This document shows positions 51,066 to 64,000 of a DNA stretch of 64,000 nucleotides, in pieces. The translations under genes were made by a program, and so were the position numbers. Each line of letters starts with the position of its first letter. Positions within the stretch are counted from its first letter, which is position 1. The notes below the pieces were generated by a model. That model saw only the letters and a list, made by a program, of their open reading frames with translations. It did not search any database and had not been told where the DNA came from. The stretch is from Octopus sinensis (lineage: Eukaryota). The stretch covers positions 169,508,001 through 169,572,000 of the forward strand of contig NC_042997.1 of assembly GCF_006345805.1 (NCBI RefSeq). The letters run 5' to 3'.

Positions 51066-51286
51066 TGATGATAATAGTTTAGTTATCTGATAAGTTAGCT
51101 AGTCTGATAGATATTATAATGAATTTTAAATTACATGTTACACTCCAAGTCAAAAGGTTCACTGTATAATTGTACAAATTATTGTAACAGAAAATAGTTT
51201 TTTAAACACTTTTCATATAATTTTTATACAATAATAGTGTTGCATATGTGTTGCTGATATTTCCAACAAAACCTTTTTTTTTTCAG

Positions 51287-51487
51287 GTTGGATCAATGGC
51301 TTTTAAAGGTATGAAGACACTAAATCGAATACAATCAATTGTTTATGAGACTGCATACAAGACAAATGAAAATCTTTTAATCTGTGCCCCCACTGGAGCT
51401 GGAAAGACAAACATCGCTATGCTTACTGTTATTAGAGTGTTGAAACAAAACATTGTACAAAATGTAATTCGAAAAGACCAATTTAAG
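51287..51487 (+). CDS. ASCC3: ASCC3 exon (Q motif, Walker A)
   Basis: ttcag|VGSMAFKGMKTLNRIQS...ICAPTGAGKTNIAML...DQFK|gttggt. Confidence 0.97.
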
Positions 51488-52444
51488 GTTGGTGTAATAT
51501 TTGCCAAATTTCCAAATACATGCAATCCTTTAAATACTTTCCTGTTAAAACATTTTTTAAGGAAATTAAACTTTTTTTTAGAAATGATATTTTCAGTATT
51601 GAATTAATAAACTGTGGTAATGATATTTATGAATACATATCTACATATACTACACACAGACACAAGTCAATGAAGGTGTTGCTGTGATCATTCAATTTGC
51701 TGTAAATAATAGCCACATCTTCCTCAAAGAAAAGAGTCATTAGATAAGATCATTTTACACACCTCTAAAAGCTGGAATGATCATAGCTGAAGCATTTCGA
51801 TTCTTGCATTGATTTAGAAAAAAATATATAGCCTAATAGTAGAGAACAACTAAAATTTTATTGTTATTTATTAATGCAAATATATTTAAAAGGAAATATT
51901 GATTCACATAACTATTGTACTTCTGTCTGTTTTGCAATTTCAGCATTTTTACATAGTGTACATTGCATTATACACTACACATATAGAGTCTATTAATTAA
52001 ATAATTTATTTTATATTTTAAAAAATGCTAAGCTTTCATATTATTCATTTATCATATTGGTACAGCTTAACTCTACAGTTAATGGCAATTTAAAATTTGA
52101 CTGGCCAATAAATTATGTATAGCTAGATTATCTATCTATATTTATATTCATTTACCATTTGAACGTGGCCAATGCCAGTACCCCTTGACTGGCCCCCATG
52201 CCAGTGGCTCATGAAAAGCACTATCCAAACATGGTCAGTGCCAGGCCTGCCTGACTAGCTTCTGTGCCAGTGGCACATAAAAAGCATCCACTACACTCTC
52301 AGTGTGATTGGCATTAAAAAGAGCATCCAGCTGTAGTAACATTGCCAGATCAGATTGGAGCCTGGTGCAGCCACTGGCTCTCCAGACCTCAGTCAAATTG
52401 TTCAACCCATACCAGCATGGAAGACGGATGTTAAATCATGATAA

Positions 52445-52519
<75 letters not shown>

Positions 52520-52562
52520 GCTTTTTTCATATATATTGATGTTACTATTTATATTTCTTTAG

Positions 52563-52703
52563 ATTGTCTATGTTGCACCTATGAAAGCACTTGCTGCTGA
52601 AATGGTGAGGAACTTTGGTAAACGACTAGAACCACTTGGAATAACTGTCCGTGAATTGACTGGAGATATGCAATTGACCAAACAAGAAATTGTCAATACT
52701 CAG
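52563..52703 (+). CDS. ASCC3: ASCC3 exon (helicase motif Ia)
   Basis: tttag|[15 protein letters not shown]...[17 protein letters not shown]|gtaaat. Confidence 0.97.
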
Positions 52704-52911
52704 GTAAATTTGAACAATGCTTTAATTTAAAAAATAAATTTTTATGTTAAAGATAAATTTGAAATGTAATTGAAATAATTTGTATTTTGAAAATAATAAT
52801 TTTGTAATAAACTTTGCATTTAAAAAGGAATTCAATATTTCATTTAAAAACAAGGAAAATATAAATTTCTAAAATATTAAATGTTTTAACTTCTTTTGTC
52901 TTTTCTTTTAG

Positions 52912-53076
52912 ATGTTAGTCACTACTCCTGAAAAATGGGATGTGGTTACACGTAAAGGAACAGGAGATGTGTCTTTATCTCAGTTAGTAAAACTGCTTAT
53001 TATAGATGAGGTCCATTTGTTGCATGATGACAGAGGTGCTGTCATTGAAAGTTTAGTTGCCAGAACCCTGCGGCAG
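52912..53076 (+). CDS. ASCC3: ASCC3 exon (DEVH motif II)
   Basis: tttag|[15 protein letters not shown]...[26 protein letters not shown]|gtatgt. Confidence 0.97.
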
Positions 53077-54401
53077 GTATGTCCCTTCAGCAACATAACT
53101 CATGTAACACAGATTTTCTTAATTTCCTTCATATAAGATATAATTTCAGATAAACTCCTCTCAAGTTAGCCTATTCACTCTCAACTCTCTTATTACAATT
53201 CTTTTTGAAGGATGGGGATAAGGCCATTTTTTTTCAAATTCACTCTGAGTTTTCAGTGGTTATTAATCTAACTCCAGAAGATTGTTTGCATAAATTAATT
53301 CAACTAGTTCTTATTTGTATATATTTATTATTTGAAGATGTAGTTATCTCCAGGTGTCTTTCTTTTACATTTTTCAATGCTTTTATTTATTTAATTTTTT
53401 TTTGCTAAGATTATAAGAATATATTTTTTCATGAGTTGTTTATGATGATTAGTTTCATTGCCTGCATGCATACCTGACCAAATTAAAGATATTTCAAACA
53501 GCCTTGATCCCTTTCTCTCTCCAAATATCCCATCCCTACCAAATTGTCACTGTCTCTGTTACTCTCAGTTTGTCCAATTGCTGCCCTCACCTCCATTACC
53601 CACCACAAATTCACACACAACACGTTGCTCCTCTCCCTCAGAATGGATTTAGTAGACAGAAACTGAAAGAAACCTGCCATGTATACATGGCTGATTAGGG
53701 CTTTGGCACTTCTATGCTAACTTATCCCTAGCAATGTATATTTTGGGTTGTCTGATAAATTCATTCGCTTCTTTCTACTTGGTACTCCATCATCATATAT
53801 CTGAAAACGGGTAAAATGTATTCTAAATTCAAAAATGATAAACAAAAGTTGTAGAGGAAACACAGCTACAAAAACCAAAACAAAACATTATTATGGAAAT
53901 ATTTTTCATGTTAATTTAAATAACATTTAAGACAGTGAGATGGCAGAATCTTTCACACACTGAGCAAAATGCTTAGCCACATTTCATCTGTCTTTATGTT
54001 CTGGGTTCAAATTCTGCCAGGGTCAACTTTGCGTTTCATCCTTTCGGGATCAATAAAATATGTACCAGTTGAACACTGGGTTTGATTTAACTGACTTAAC
54101 CCATTTCCCTAAAATTAATCGCCAAAATTTGAAACCAAATTGAATAACTGTGGAAAGAATTAAAATAAATGAATGAAAAAAAAAACAAAGAAATTTATCT
54201 GATCACTCAGCACTTCACCCCTGGTTTGTCAGAGACAGCTAAGTATGTGAATGAAATCATTGCTTTAGGCAAGTCTCTTCACATCACTCACACTATCAGA
54301 CCTCAACATTCAAATAGTTTATTCATGGCTGTGTTATAATAATTCTGGCAAAGAGCCAAGTCTTCAACATTTGGAGAAAATCATCTTCAAACTGGATGGC
54401 T

Positions 54402-54620
54402 TCTTATTTCTTTACTGCCCACAAGGGGCTACACACAGAGGGAACAAACAAGGACAGACAAACGGATTAAATCGATTATATTGCCCCCAGTGCATAAGTG
54501 GTACTTATTTAATCGACCCCGAAAGGATGAAAGGCAAAGTTGGCCTCGATAGAATTTGAACTTGGAATGTAGCGACAGACAAAATACCACTTAGCATTTT
54601 GCCTGGTGTGCTAGCGTTTC
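54402..54620 (-). mobile_element. tRNA-derived SINE (23312 family)
   Basis: Reverse complement of 26747 family. Confidence 0.85.
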
Positions 54621-55301
54621 TACCACCACCACCACCACATCTGTAAGACCATTGTCTGAAAAGTTTTGGATGCCTCCATGGCTCTCACAATCCGCAAGCT
54701 CTGCTGCTTCCTAAACTGCAGCTAATCCATATAGAATCCTCCTCTCCATTTATCAACCATAACAGTTCTACAAGTTGTATTCTTATGAACACATTTCTGC
54801 TGACTTTGCATCCAACTCTCCACATGAGGCAAATCAAATCTCCTTTGAGATTCACATGTACATACTGTATTTTATAACAAATATAATGTATCTTGGTCTA
54901 TGTTATCTACTGTGTCCATCCTTTTTTTATGACAGTAATGGTTGATTTACGAGAGATTTGACTGCTATTTCTTGTTGGCTTGTGAGTTTGTTGTTATTGT
55001 TGCTTAAACCTAGACCCACCTTGATTAGGCAGGCCTATCATCAAAAGCATACCAGTTGTAACAGTCTAATCTTTTTTTCCGGACATATTGTATCTAGGAC
55101 TACATTATTCAATGTATGTGTGTATATTTTTTTTTATGGCAGTAGTTTGTAATTGTAGGAAGGCTTATGTGCTATTACTAGCAGACCAAACAACTGCATT
55201 GTGGCTTGTGAATTTGAAATTTGTATGTTTTTAACTGTGGTCTTGTGCAAAAGACTTATATTTCAATGGTTCTGTACTCCAAAAATTGATTTTCTTTTTA
55301 G

Positions 55302-55458
55302 GTGGAGGCTACACAGAGTATGATAAGAATTGTTGGTCTATCTGCAACATTACCAAATTATTTAGATGTTGGACGATTTCTCAGAGTTAACCCTGCACTT
55401 GGATTATTTTTCTTTGATGGTAGATTCCGGCCAGTCCCACTGGAACAGTCTTTCATAG
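55302..55458 (+). CDS. ASCC3: ASCC3 exon (SAT motif III)
   Basis: tttag|[20 protein letters not shown]...[11 protein letters not shown](G)|gtgaa. Confidence 0.97.
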
Positions 55459-55778
55459 GTGAATTAATAAATATTTTAAATGTGTTGTATAAATTAAATG
55501 TTATTTTACAAATAAACTGAAATCTCCAGAATTACTGGGCACGATTTGCTAATCATGTCTAGAAGTTTAACATGTCTGTATGACATCTTCTCATTCTTTT
55601 ACCTTTTACCATATTAGCTTGTTTCAGTCATTAGACTGCAGCCTTGCTGGGCACTTCTTTGAAGAGATTTAAAGCAAATCAATCTATTGGTCTTTTATGC
55701 CAAACCATTAAGTTACAGCAAAGGTAACAACCCCACACCAGTTGTCAAGTGGTGGAGTAGGGGAACACTGACATAAAT

Positions 55779-55782
55779 ACAT

Positions 55783-55848
<66 letters not shown>
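55779..55848. repeat. (CA)n(TA)n microsatellite inside a minus-strand SINE
   Basis: Direct inspection. Confidence 0.92.
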
Positions 55849-55850
<2 letters not shown>

Positions 55851-57191
55851 TAGGCTTCTGCACAGTTTCTGTCTACCAAATTCACTTACAAGGCATTGAT
55901 TTGTCCAGGGTTATAGGAGAAGACACTTGCCCGAGGTACTGCACATTGGGACTGAACCCAAAACCACATGTTTGCAAAGCAAGATTCTGAACCACACACC
56001 ATATCTGATGATACATTGTTAATATTTTTACTGCTTTGAATTAAACATGGTACAAATCCCAAGTTTGATTGAACCCAATGGTTCTCAGTACTTCCTTTCA
56101 CCAAATGACCATTTTACTGATCTCTTCTACATATTTTGGAAAGCAAAATAGGCACAAAAAAAATTTTTATTTTCGCCATACAAAAATATATCTTGTGTAT
56201 TGGTTTATTATCTCTGCTTATACTACCCATGTTTGCTCTTTTTTTGTCAATATTTGCACAATCTAGTGGAATTTTAATGGCAATTATTAAGGAAAGTGAG
56301 GATTTATGAAATTATATTGGATGTTGGTGCATTGTTAGTCATGTTCCTGTTCATTGATAACAAAATGTCATATACATCTTACTATCCTTACAAAAATTGT
56401 TTTGAAAATGTGTTTCAAATATAAGTATTGTATCTGGTTGAAATATTTCACTTCTAAGGAAAATCACAACCCTTCTAAACATCTTTTGTTCTCTCCTTCA
56501 TTGCACATCCTTGACATTTACTGCCATGTGTGAGCTCACAATGGCACCAAGGGGTTCAGTAAGATTGCATTAGGTGTTGGTGTCACATAGAAAGCACCTG
56601 TGCCAATGCCACATAAAAGTACTCATGCCAGTGTTGCATAAAATCACCCAGTGCACTCTGTAAAGTGGCTGGCGTCAGGAAGGGCATCCAGCCATTAGAA
56701 ACCATACCAAAACAGACATGGAGCTTGGGCAACTCTTCAGCTGGCCAGCTCCTGTCAAACCATCCAATCCATGCCAGCATGGATGTTAAATGATGATGAC
56801 GACTGCATAATTGATGGAATGTAAGCAGAATATTGCTTGGAAGAACTGTCATAGTAATGTTGAGCTGGTATTAAATGTTATACAGGGTAAAAACGTGTTG
56901 ATAAACAATATATTAGATTAAGAGTTATGAAAGAGAGATGTAAGAAACTGTTTTTAGATTTTTCTAGATAAAAAAAAAATTAGTATCATTGATCAAACAT
57001 AACTGACTGTGTTGGTTTGTAAATAAGAGTTTTTAAAAACCCACTTTAGTAAAAATACATTTGTTATGTAATAAAAAGCTGATTTTGTTTAAAAAATGCT
57101 TTGGTATATCTGTTCTAGATTAAATTTTATACATTCTTTGTTGAAATTCACTAATATTGAGTATTTTTTGTTTATTCATTTATTTCTCTAG

Positions 57192-57283
57192 GAATCAAGT
57201 CAATAAACAAAATGCAGCAGTTACAAGATTTTAACACTGTTTGTTATGAGAAAGTTCTTGATCAAGTAAAGAAAGGATACCAG
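57192..57283 (+). CDS. ASCC3: ASCC3 exon
   Basis: tctag|GIKSINKMQQLQDFNTVCYEKVLDQVKKGYQ|gtaac. Confidence 0.95.
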
Positions 57284-58654
57284 GTAACATCTCAGTCTTT
57301 AACATACCAGAGCATTGAAAATACAATCATTATTATTATATAATTAGTAACATAAATTATTTAGCATGCAAGATTTTAGCAATGAAGTGGTTAATATAAT
57401 GGAAATTTTTCATGTACTTTTGAATAGATGCTTATGCAGATTACCGTCTTAAAATAGCAGGCTATCGCAGACCTATATCTAGATATCTGAACTTCAAATC
57501 ATTACGATAATCATAGTGAAAATATTCTAAACAAGGTTAATAATCAACAATTAACTAAGTGTTTTACAAAAACATTGTCTCTAAAGATTGAAAATTATAT
57601 TCAAATTACAAATGACCGATTGCTTGTATTCATTTATCAAAATTTTGTCAATTTTGTTTAGCTCCAGCTCAACTCTGATTGAGTGGGTTCAGGAGCAAAG
57701 AAATTCATGATTTGGTCATAGTACCTTTTATCCAAAGAATCTCATGTCTTTTCTCACTTTAAGATTTGGCTACAATTTATGACTGGTCAAGCAATCATAT
57801 ACAGGTTTTGTTTAGTTATTGTGTAGTTTAAGGTCAATTTTGATAGAGCAAATCTCTGATCAGAAACTTTCCAGCCATGATGAACCCATCACTTTAAGGA
57901 GTATCTAAGACTAAATAATCCCATGTGTACTTACTGTTGAGGTTGATTTGAGAATTGGCTGATATTTCTTGCAGGTCAAGCAACCTCATAGAGTTCCCTA
58001 ATTGGCTCTGGGTGAAAGCAAAGTGTAAAGGAGCTGAAAAAATAGCAGAAAATTTTAGGCATCAGCCAAGGACTGCTGTTAAGAGAATTGTGGAGATATG
58101 CTATGTGCTGTTAAATAGCAGAATTTTCCAGCTTTATATTGATTTCAAGTTTTAGGTTATAGTGCATTATATGTTTTAAAAGTTTGATCCTTTGATGTAT
58201 GTTCCTGCTGTCTGGCACTAAAAATTTAGCATTACATTTTTTATTTTACAAACACATTAAGTAGAAAAGATAGGGAACATTAGTTAACTCCTTGTTTCAA
58301 TGTCATCATTCCCTATAATAAATGTATCCTCTGTTGCTTATGGACATTATGTTTGTGTGTATTGAATTGTTATATCAAATTTGAGGTTTTACTCAACATT
58401 TCCTATTTATATAAGTTTAAAATTTTACATTTTACCTGAGTTCTTAGAGATTATTAAAGGGTTTTACATATGTAAAATATTTGATTTGCGACACTTTCCC
58501 AGTGTGTAACTTTTAAGCTTCTATGCTACAAAATTAATTTAGTGTATAATTTTGATAAATTATTTTTTGATAATTTAAAGAATTACTTCATATATCTCTG
58601 ATCAGCAGGTTGTGAATTTTTGTGTATAACATCTCCCCCATTTTTTTTTCCCAG

Positions 58655-58777
58655 GTGATGGTTTTTGTCCATGCTCGCAATGAAACCTTACGAACAGCAA
58701 AGGTTCTGAGAGAATTAGCTCTGAATAGTGATAATATTCATTTGTTTGCACCTCAAGGAAGGAGATCTGGTCTTCCT
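58655..58777 (+). CDS. ASCC3: ASCC3 exon (motif IV)
   Basis: cccag|VMVFVHARNETLRTA...PQGRRSGLP|gtacgt; donor less certain than acceptor. Confidence 0.9.
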
Positions 58778-60297
58778 GTACGTAATATTACAAATATATA
58801 TTCTCAATGAAAAATTAACTTATTAGTTTTTAACTATTTATTTTATATTTTTTATGATTTAATACAAGCTGTAAACACGTTTTTTTTACTGCTTAGTCAA
58901 GAGGGGAAAGGCAGTACCCTATTTTTTTGTTTTTTCAAGGGTTTGCAAGATTAGTGAGAGGAAGCAAGGAAGTTATTCTTAAATTGGAAAGTTGTCTTAA
59001 ATGCTTGCAACAGAATGAACTTTGCTAAAAGCACCTGAGGGCCAGGTTGTGGTGTTAAATCAAACAGCAGATTAAATCTACCAAGTACTCAGAAAGCAAA
59101 ACAATGCTCAGACAAATACAAGACATCTTGTTCCATTTCAACAATCCAATGTCTTCAATTAGTACATGATAGTCTTGATTCTGAAAGGAGGAATGACAAT
59201 GTTTGAAAACAGTGTATAGAGCGAAAACAAATACTGAGACATTGTCCTATGCTGTAGCAATTCTGCCAATTTGCCAAAATTTAAATTCATGAAAGATGTC
59301 TTTTGAAATGATTTATAGTAATATCTTACCAAATACATTTTTACCTCCCAGTCCCTTGTTCATAATAATCTGCACGTAAAAAGCACCATTGAAGCGTGGT
59401 TGGTGCCAGTACCACCTGACTAGTCCTCATGCTGGTGGCATGTAAAAAGCACCTACAATACTATCAGAGTTGTTGGCGTTAGGAAGGGCATCCAGCTGTA
59501 GAAACTTTGCCAGATCAGATTGGAGCCTGGTGCAGCCTTCTTGCTTGCTAGCCCTCAGTCAAACCGTCCAGCCTGTGCCAACATGGAAAGCAGATGTTAA
59601 ATGACAATGATGATGATGAGTGTTCATCGTTTTTCACCTCTACTTTTCCATGCTTGCATGGGTCAGATGGAATTTGTTGAAACAAATATTTCTATGGTCA
59701 GATGCCCTTCCTGTCACCAACCTTCGCTTCTTTGCAAACAAAGTATTATTTTCCCATTGCCAGTCATGTTTCCTCCGGAAGTCTGAAAACAAACTGCCTT
59801 GTATGACAGTGATGCTCATTTACAACTATCATGTGATATCTAGATAAAATTGCTCATGTACATACATATGTGTGTGCATATATATACCCATAAACACACA
59901 CACATATATGTTTGTATGTATACACATACAATGGGCTTTTTTACAGTTTCCATCTCCCAAATCCACTTACAAGGATTTGATGAGCCTAGGGTTATAGTAG
60001 AAGATACACACCGAAGGTGTCACACGATGGGACTGATCCCAAAACCATCTGGTTGTGAAGCAAGTTTCTTAACCACACTCGTGCCTATTGTTTATGAATA
60101 TTTTATATCTTTGAATTTAACTTACTGAAGTCACTATTTAAATTATCAGCTAAATTTACAAAATTTTTGTAATATAATTTGTATAGTTCAGTAGTTTCTA
60201 AATGTTCTCAGATTTATGCTTATATTTTTTATTATTAATAATATATATTTATGAATCTATTCATTTCTTTTATTTCTTTTTTGAAAATACACTGTAG

Positions 60298-60489
60298 GGC
60301 CACAATCCCCAAAATCGACATCTTCAAGAATTGTTCCCTGATGGATTTGGTATACATCATGCTGGAATGCTTCGTCAGGATCGTAATTTGGTTGAAAAGT
60401 ATTTTTCTGAAGGTTCCATAAAAGTCTTAGTGTGTACAGCAACTTTGGCCTGGGGTGTGAATTTACCTGCTCATGCTGTCATCATCAAG
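60298..60489 (+). CDS. ASCC3: ASCC3 exon (motif V)
   Basis: tgtag|[24 protein letters not shown]...[18 protein letters not shown]|gttatt. Confidence 0.95.
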
Positions 60490-60563
60490 GTTATTACATT
60501 AACAATATTTAAATATGTTCTTTAAAGATTAACTTAACATATATCAGTCATTTGTAAAATGGG

Positions 60564-60564
<1 letters not shown>

Positions 60565-60609
<45 letters not shown>
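60565..60609. repeat. (TA)n microsatellite
   Basis: Direct inspection. Confidence 0.95.
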
Positions 60610-60613
<4 letters not shown>

Positions 60614-61843
60614 ACTTATCTTTAGATGTTTAAAGCTATTAAAACCATTTAAAACTCCTTAAATTCCTAATATTTTGCTAGGTATTGTCACTGAACTTTA
60701 AAATTTACTGAATTGAAGTATCGTAATTATTTTAATAACAAATTAATGGACTAATATATTTATCTGTCCTAACTTTCAGTATGTTCAATATTTGCTATAA
60801 ATGCAGAGCTTAGGACAATTATCAACATAGACAAACTACTTAACATTTAATGTAATATTGTAAATGGTATTCTTTTCTCAACCAACCTGTTTTATTATCT
60901 TCCAGGATTCTTCATTGATTTAGTCATTGACCATTCTTCCTTCCTTCCAGATCTTAATATATTTCATTTGTTTTGTGCTATATGAAATGTCACTCTCCTA
61001 TTAGTTTTACTCTTAAAATATGAATACTACTTTCAATACTTAGGTCATATTTTATTTCTGCTGAGGAATGAAGTAACGCATCCATCCCAGTCTTACATAA
61101 GACTGCCCTATATTTATTTTACTTAAAATGAAATGAAAATGAGCTAAGAGAAATATCTCAGATTAGTCAGTGGCAGGTATTTGAACAATGAATAAAGGTC
61201 TATTAAATAACATGCAAGATAAATTCTTGATTTATTGTAACTACACCTGCTTTGCGGCAATTGATACCAACTTTATGGAGATGTGGAGATAATCTCTAAA
61301 ATCTAGGATTCTCCAAAATTGACATGCTATCAAGAAAAGACAATCTGATTTTCTGCAAACAAGTGAATTGTGAACATGTTTCTATCTCATTTGGCATCAT
61401 CTACTTAGCAATTGTCCTACTTTATTCTTTAGCAGTTGATGAGATATTTCAAGATAGAAAAGTTATACTGTCTGAAGACAATAGGATGGTTTTGGACACG
61501 TGATTATATTTACTTCAATAAGTGTCATCAATGTAATAATTGTCCTATCTTATTTTCAACAGGCATGACACTTAGACATATGAAAAAGAGTAGAATGTAT
61601 TTATGGCCTGGGTAATAGATATGTATATTAAAAAATTGCCAATCTGTCAAAGTATACTTTTACAGTCAATTTTTAAAAAAAACCATTCTCTGAATGAAAC
61701 TGAAAGAGAAACAAAAAGGAAGATTTTTCCAAATTTCAGTTACTAATTTTATATATGCTTAAACAATAGAATAATATTTTTGCATTAAAAAATGAAAGTA
61801 CATTCATTAATACATAAGGATTACATTTTTTGTGTTTTTACAG

Positions 61844-62068
61844 GGAACTCAAATCTATGATGCCAAGAAAGGTTCTTTTATTGATATTGGCATACTTGAT
61901 GTTTTGCAAATATTTGGGCGTGCTGGGCGACCCCAGTTTGATACTTTTGGTCATGGATCTATTATAACTACTCATGACAAACTTGCTCATTATCTATCTC
62001 TTATGACACGACAAAATCCTATAGAAAGTCAGTTTATTACAAGCCTAACTGATAATTTGAACGCTGAG
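61844..62068 (+). CDS. ASCC3: ASCC3 exon (motif VI)
   Basis: tacag|[10 protein letters not shown]...[12 protein letters not shown]...LTDNLNAE|gtaggt. Confidence 0.97.
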
Positions 62069-62813
62069 GTAGGTGATCATTGTTTTTATATTTTTGTAAC
62101 ATCATTATATTTCAAAATACACTTAATAAATACTGTCTTAGAGTAGTTGTAAATTGGGGGAGAAATAGGTGCAGTTATAAAGGAAGCAAAGGCCTTGTTG
62201 GCAATGAAAAAATATTTTGTTGGTGATATCCAAGAACTTATTCTTGATTAAACCCTGAATCAAGTATGTGTATTTATGATACCAGTTTGAATATAAGATT
62301 AAGGCTGAGTTTCTAATTCCTAATGAAGTAATCCCCATCTTTTATGAGATTTACAGAACCAGTATGCTTCATCAAAATCCTGATAGTCACTTGAAAGTTT
62401 TATGTCTATAAGCAAGAAAAATGAACTGTGTAGAAACTGTTTCATGTAGTGTCATTCTTTTTTAACAAATTGATGTTAGTGCTGTCTGAGTGGTTGACTT
62501 CCTATTACTATTATCAATATTGCCTGCTTACATGTAACAGTGACAAAACTTGTTCATGTCATGGTTGTTGGACAGTAACTGCTTATGTAGTCATAGTGTA
62601 TAATTCTAACAGAGAGGTCGGAACACTTTGAGACAGCTACTTGATGACTTTTCCAAATGCTCTTCATATTTGGCCAGCTCATGCTGTTCTTTCTTCATTT
62701 ATGAACTGGTCAGAAAAGATGCACAGGGTATGAAATGAATAGGAACCATGATGATTGTTGCATATATGAACAGTTCTTTCAGTAAACCTTTATTGCTAGC
62801 ACCATAGCAAACT

Positions 62814-63013
62814 AGATAAAGGAGGACCTCTCTGAACTCTCAGGTCCGCAGGTGGTCGGTTTGCACAGATGGAACTGCGAATTGCTCGCTATCTCCAGTG
62901 ACCTCGCACAGGACTGTCGAGCGTGGGCCACCATGGTTCGTGATGCTGTTAGGACCAGAGAAGAAGCCGGTTCAACCCGCCCTGGGTGAATGCCATCACA
63001 AGTACAAGTACAA
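62814..63013 (+). mobile_element. 5'-truncated LINE (second RTE-like family) with 11-bp TSD
   Basis: TSD catagcaaact at 62803-62813 and 63014-63024; frame IKEDL...DLAQDCRAWATMVRDAV...STRPG*; (CAAGTA)n tail. Confidence 0.85.
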
Positions 63014-63188
63014 CATAGCAAACTGAACCTTGCTGGTCTATCATAATGCTAACCTGCAGCAAAATCATTAGCTAGATGTTTTGCCACTCTGGTGAGACTG
63101 AAAACATAATGGATCAAAATGCACATGCTAAGCAATAAATATTTATTTATTTCCTTTTGTTCTAATAAATTAAGGATATAAAACAATA

Positions 63189-63404
63189 CGAGGGGGTGCT
63201 GAAAAGTTCCTGGCTTTGAGTAAAAGAAAATGCAGGAGGATCAGTTAATTATGATTTTATTCAACATATTTCCATTTCAGATTCACACACTTATTTCGAT
63301 GGTCCTTCACTTTTTCTAAGCCCTGTAAAAGAACTCAGAAGGTTGAGCCTCCAACCAGGCCTTTAACAATACCCTTAAAACCAGGAACCTTTCAGTACCA
63401 CTCA
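63189..63404. mobile_element. Mariner-like MITE
   Basis: TA then TIR cgagggggtgctgaaaagttcctgg / ccaggaacctttcagtaccactca. Confidence 0.8.
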
Positions 63405-63529
63405 TCGATCTTGCAATGTCTGTAAATTTATCTTTTCTGTAAGATTGTTATTAAATAAGCAATTATTTGATAGCAGTTAAGTAAATTCTTGGAAATTTCT
63501 GAAAAACTAAGTTGGTTGTTGTTTTCTAG

Positions 63530-63649
63530 ATTGCTCTTGGTACAGTTTCTAATGTAGAAGAAGCAGTGAAGTGGCTCAGCTACACTTACTTGTTTGTGAG
63601 AATGCGATGTAATCCAATGGTTTATGGGATACCTTATAACAAATTGGAG
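63530..63649 (+). CDS. ASCC3: ASCC3 exon (winged helix); gene continues beyond window
   Basis: tctag|[40 protein letters not shown]|gtaat. Confidence 0.96.
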
Positions 63650-63764
63650 GTAATTTCATTCAGTATTATTTTACATTTTCGTATATATGTATTCGATAGT
63701 TACTTACCATATTGTTCTCATTTATTTGCTGTTTTATATTCAGTCATTTACTCATCTCTGTGAA

Positions 63765-64000
63765 ATCACCCAGCTTACTTGTTAGGGGTATTCAGCTCAT
63801 GATCGTAAGGTCATGAGTTTGATACCCAGCAGTGTGTTGTATCCTTGACCAATACACTATCTCATATTGCTCCAATTCACTCAGCTGACAAAGATGAGTT
63901 GTATATGTGTTATTCAAAGGGCCAGCTTTGTCACATTCTGTGTAATGCTGAATCTCCCTGAGAACTACATTAAGAGTATGCACATTAATTTTGCGAGCAG
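63765..64000 (+). mobile_element. tRNA-derived SINE (16310 family), runs off window
   Basis: tRNA-like head, tccttgaccaa core, ctccctgagaactacattaag body. Confidence 0.75.

Noticed and set aside
35809-63649. Calling the helicase SNRNP200/Brr2
   Set aside because: N-terminal LPRL-ALR-FSNV, YGCQVT-Q, DEVH and [12 protein letters not shown] match ASCC3

Overview
AT-rich animal genomic DNA, most likely an octopus or other coleoid cephalopod (inferred from the SINE and RTE families, not proven). Two spliced genes lie on the + strand. The first is the 3' part of SCAP (sterol-sensing domain, TM7/8, WD40 tail), entering the window mid-gene at 357. The second is the 5' part of ASCC3 (Ski2-like helicase), ATG at 35809, running off the window end. 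I read exon boundaries by hand from GT/AG sites with phase checks, and from remembered similarity to the human proteins. Introns hold RTE LINE fragments, tRNA-derived SINEs, MITEs, a Helitron fragment and microsatellites; repeat ends are approximate unless a TSD is quoted. The main anomaly is that the last SCAP exon is split and out of order: its 3' half with the conserved stop sits ~4 kb upstream of its 5' half, sharing a 68-bp overlap. This is either a real circular permutation or a misassembly, and a nearby indel-rich duplication favours misassembly. Other leads are two hammerhead-like motifs, a duplicated intronic element with compensatory base pairs, a tRNA-like fold and a PHD finger inside an RTE reverse transcriptase. 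I cannot claim a demonstrated new biological system from sequence alone.
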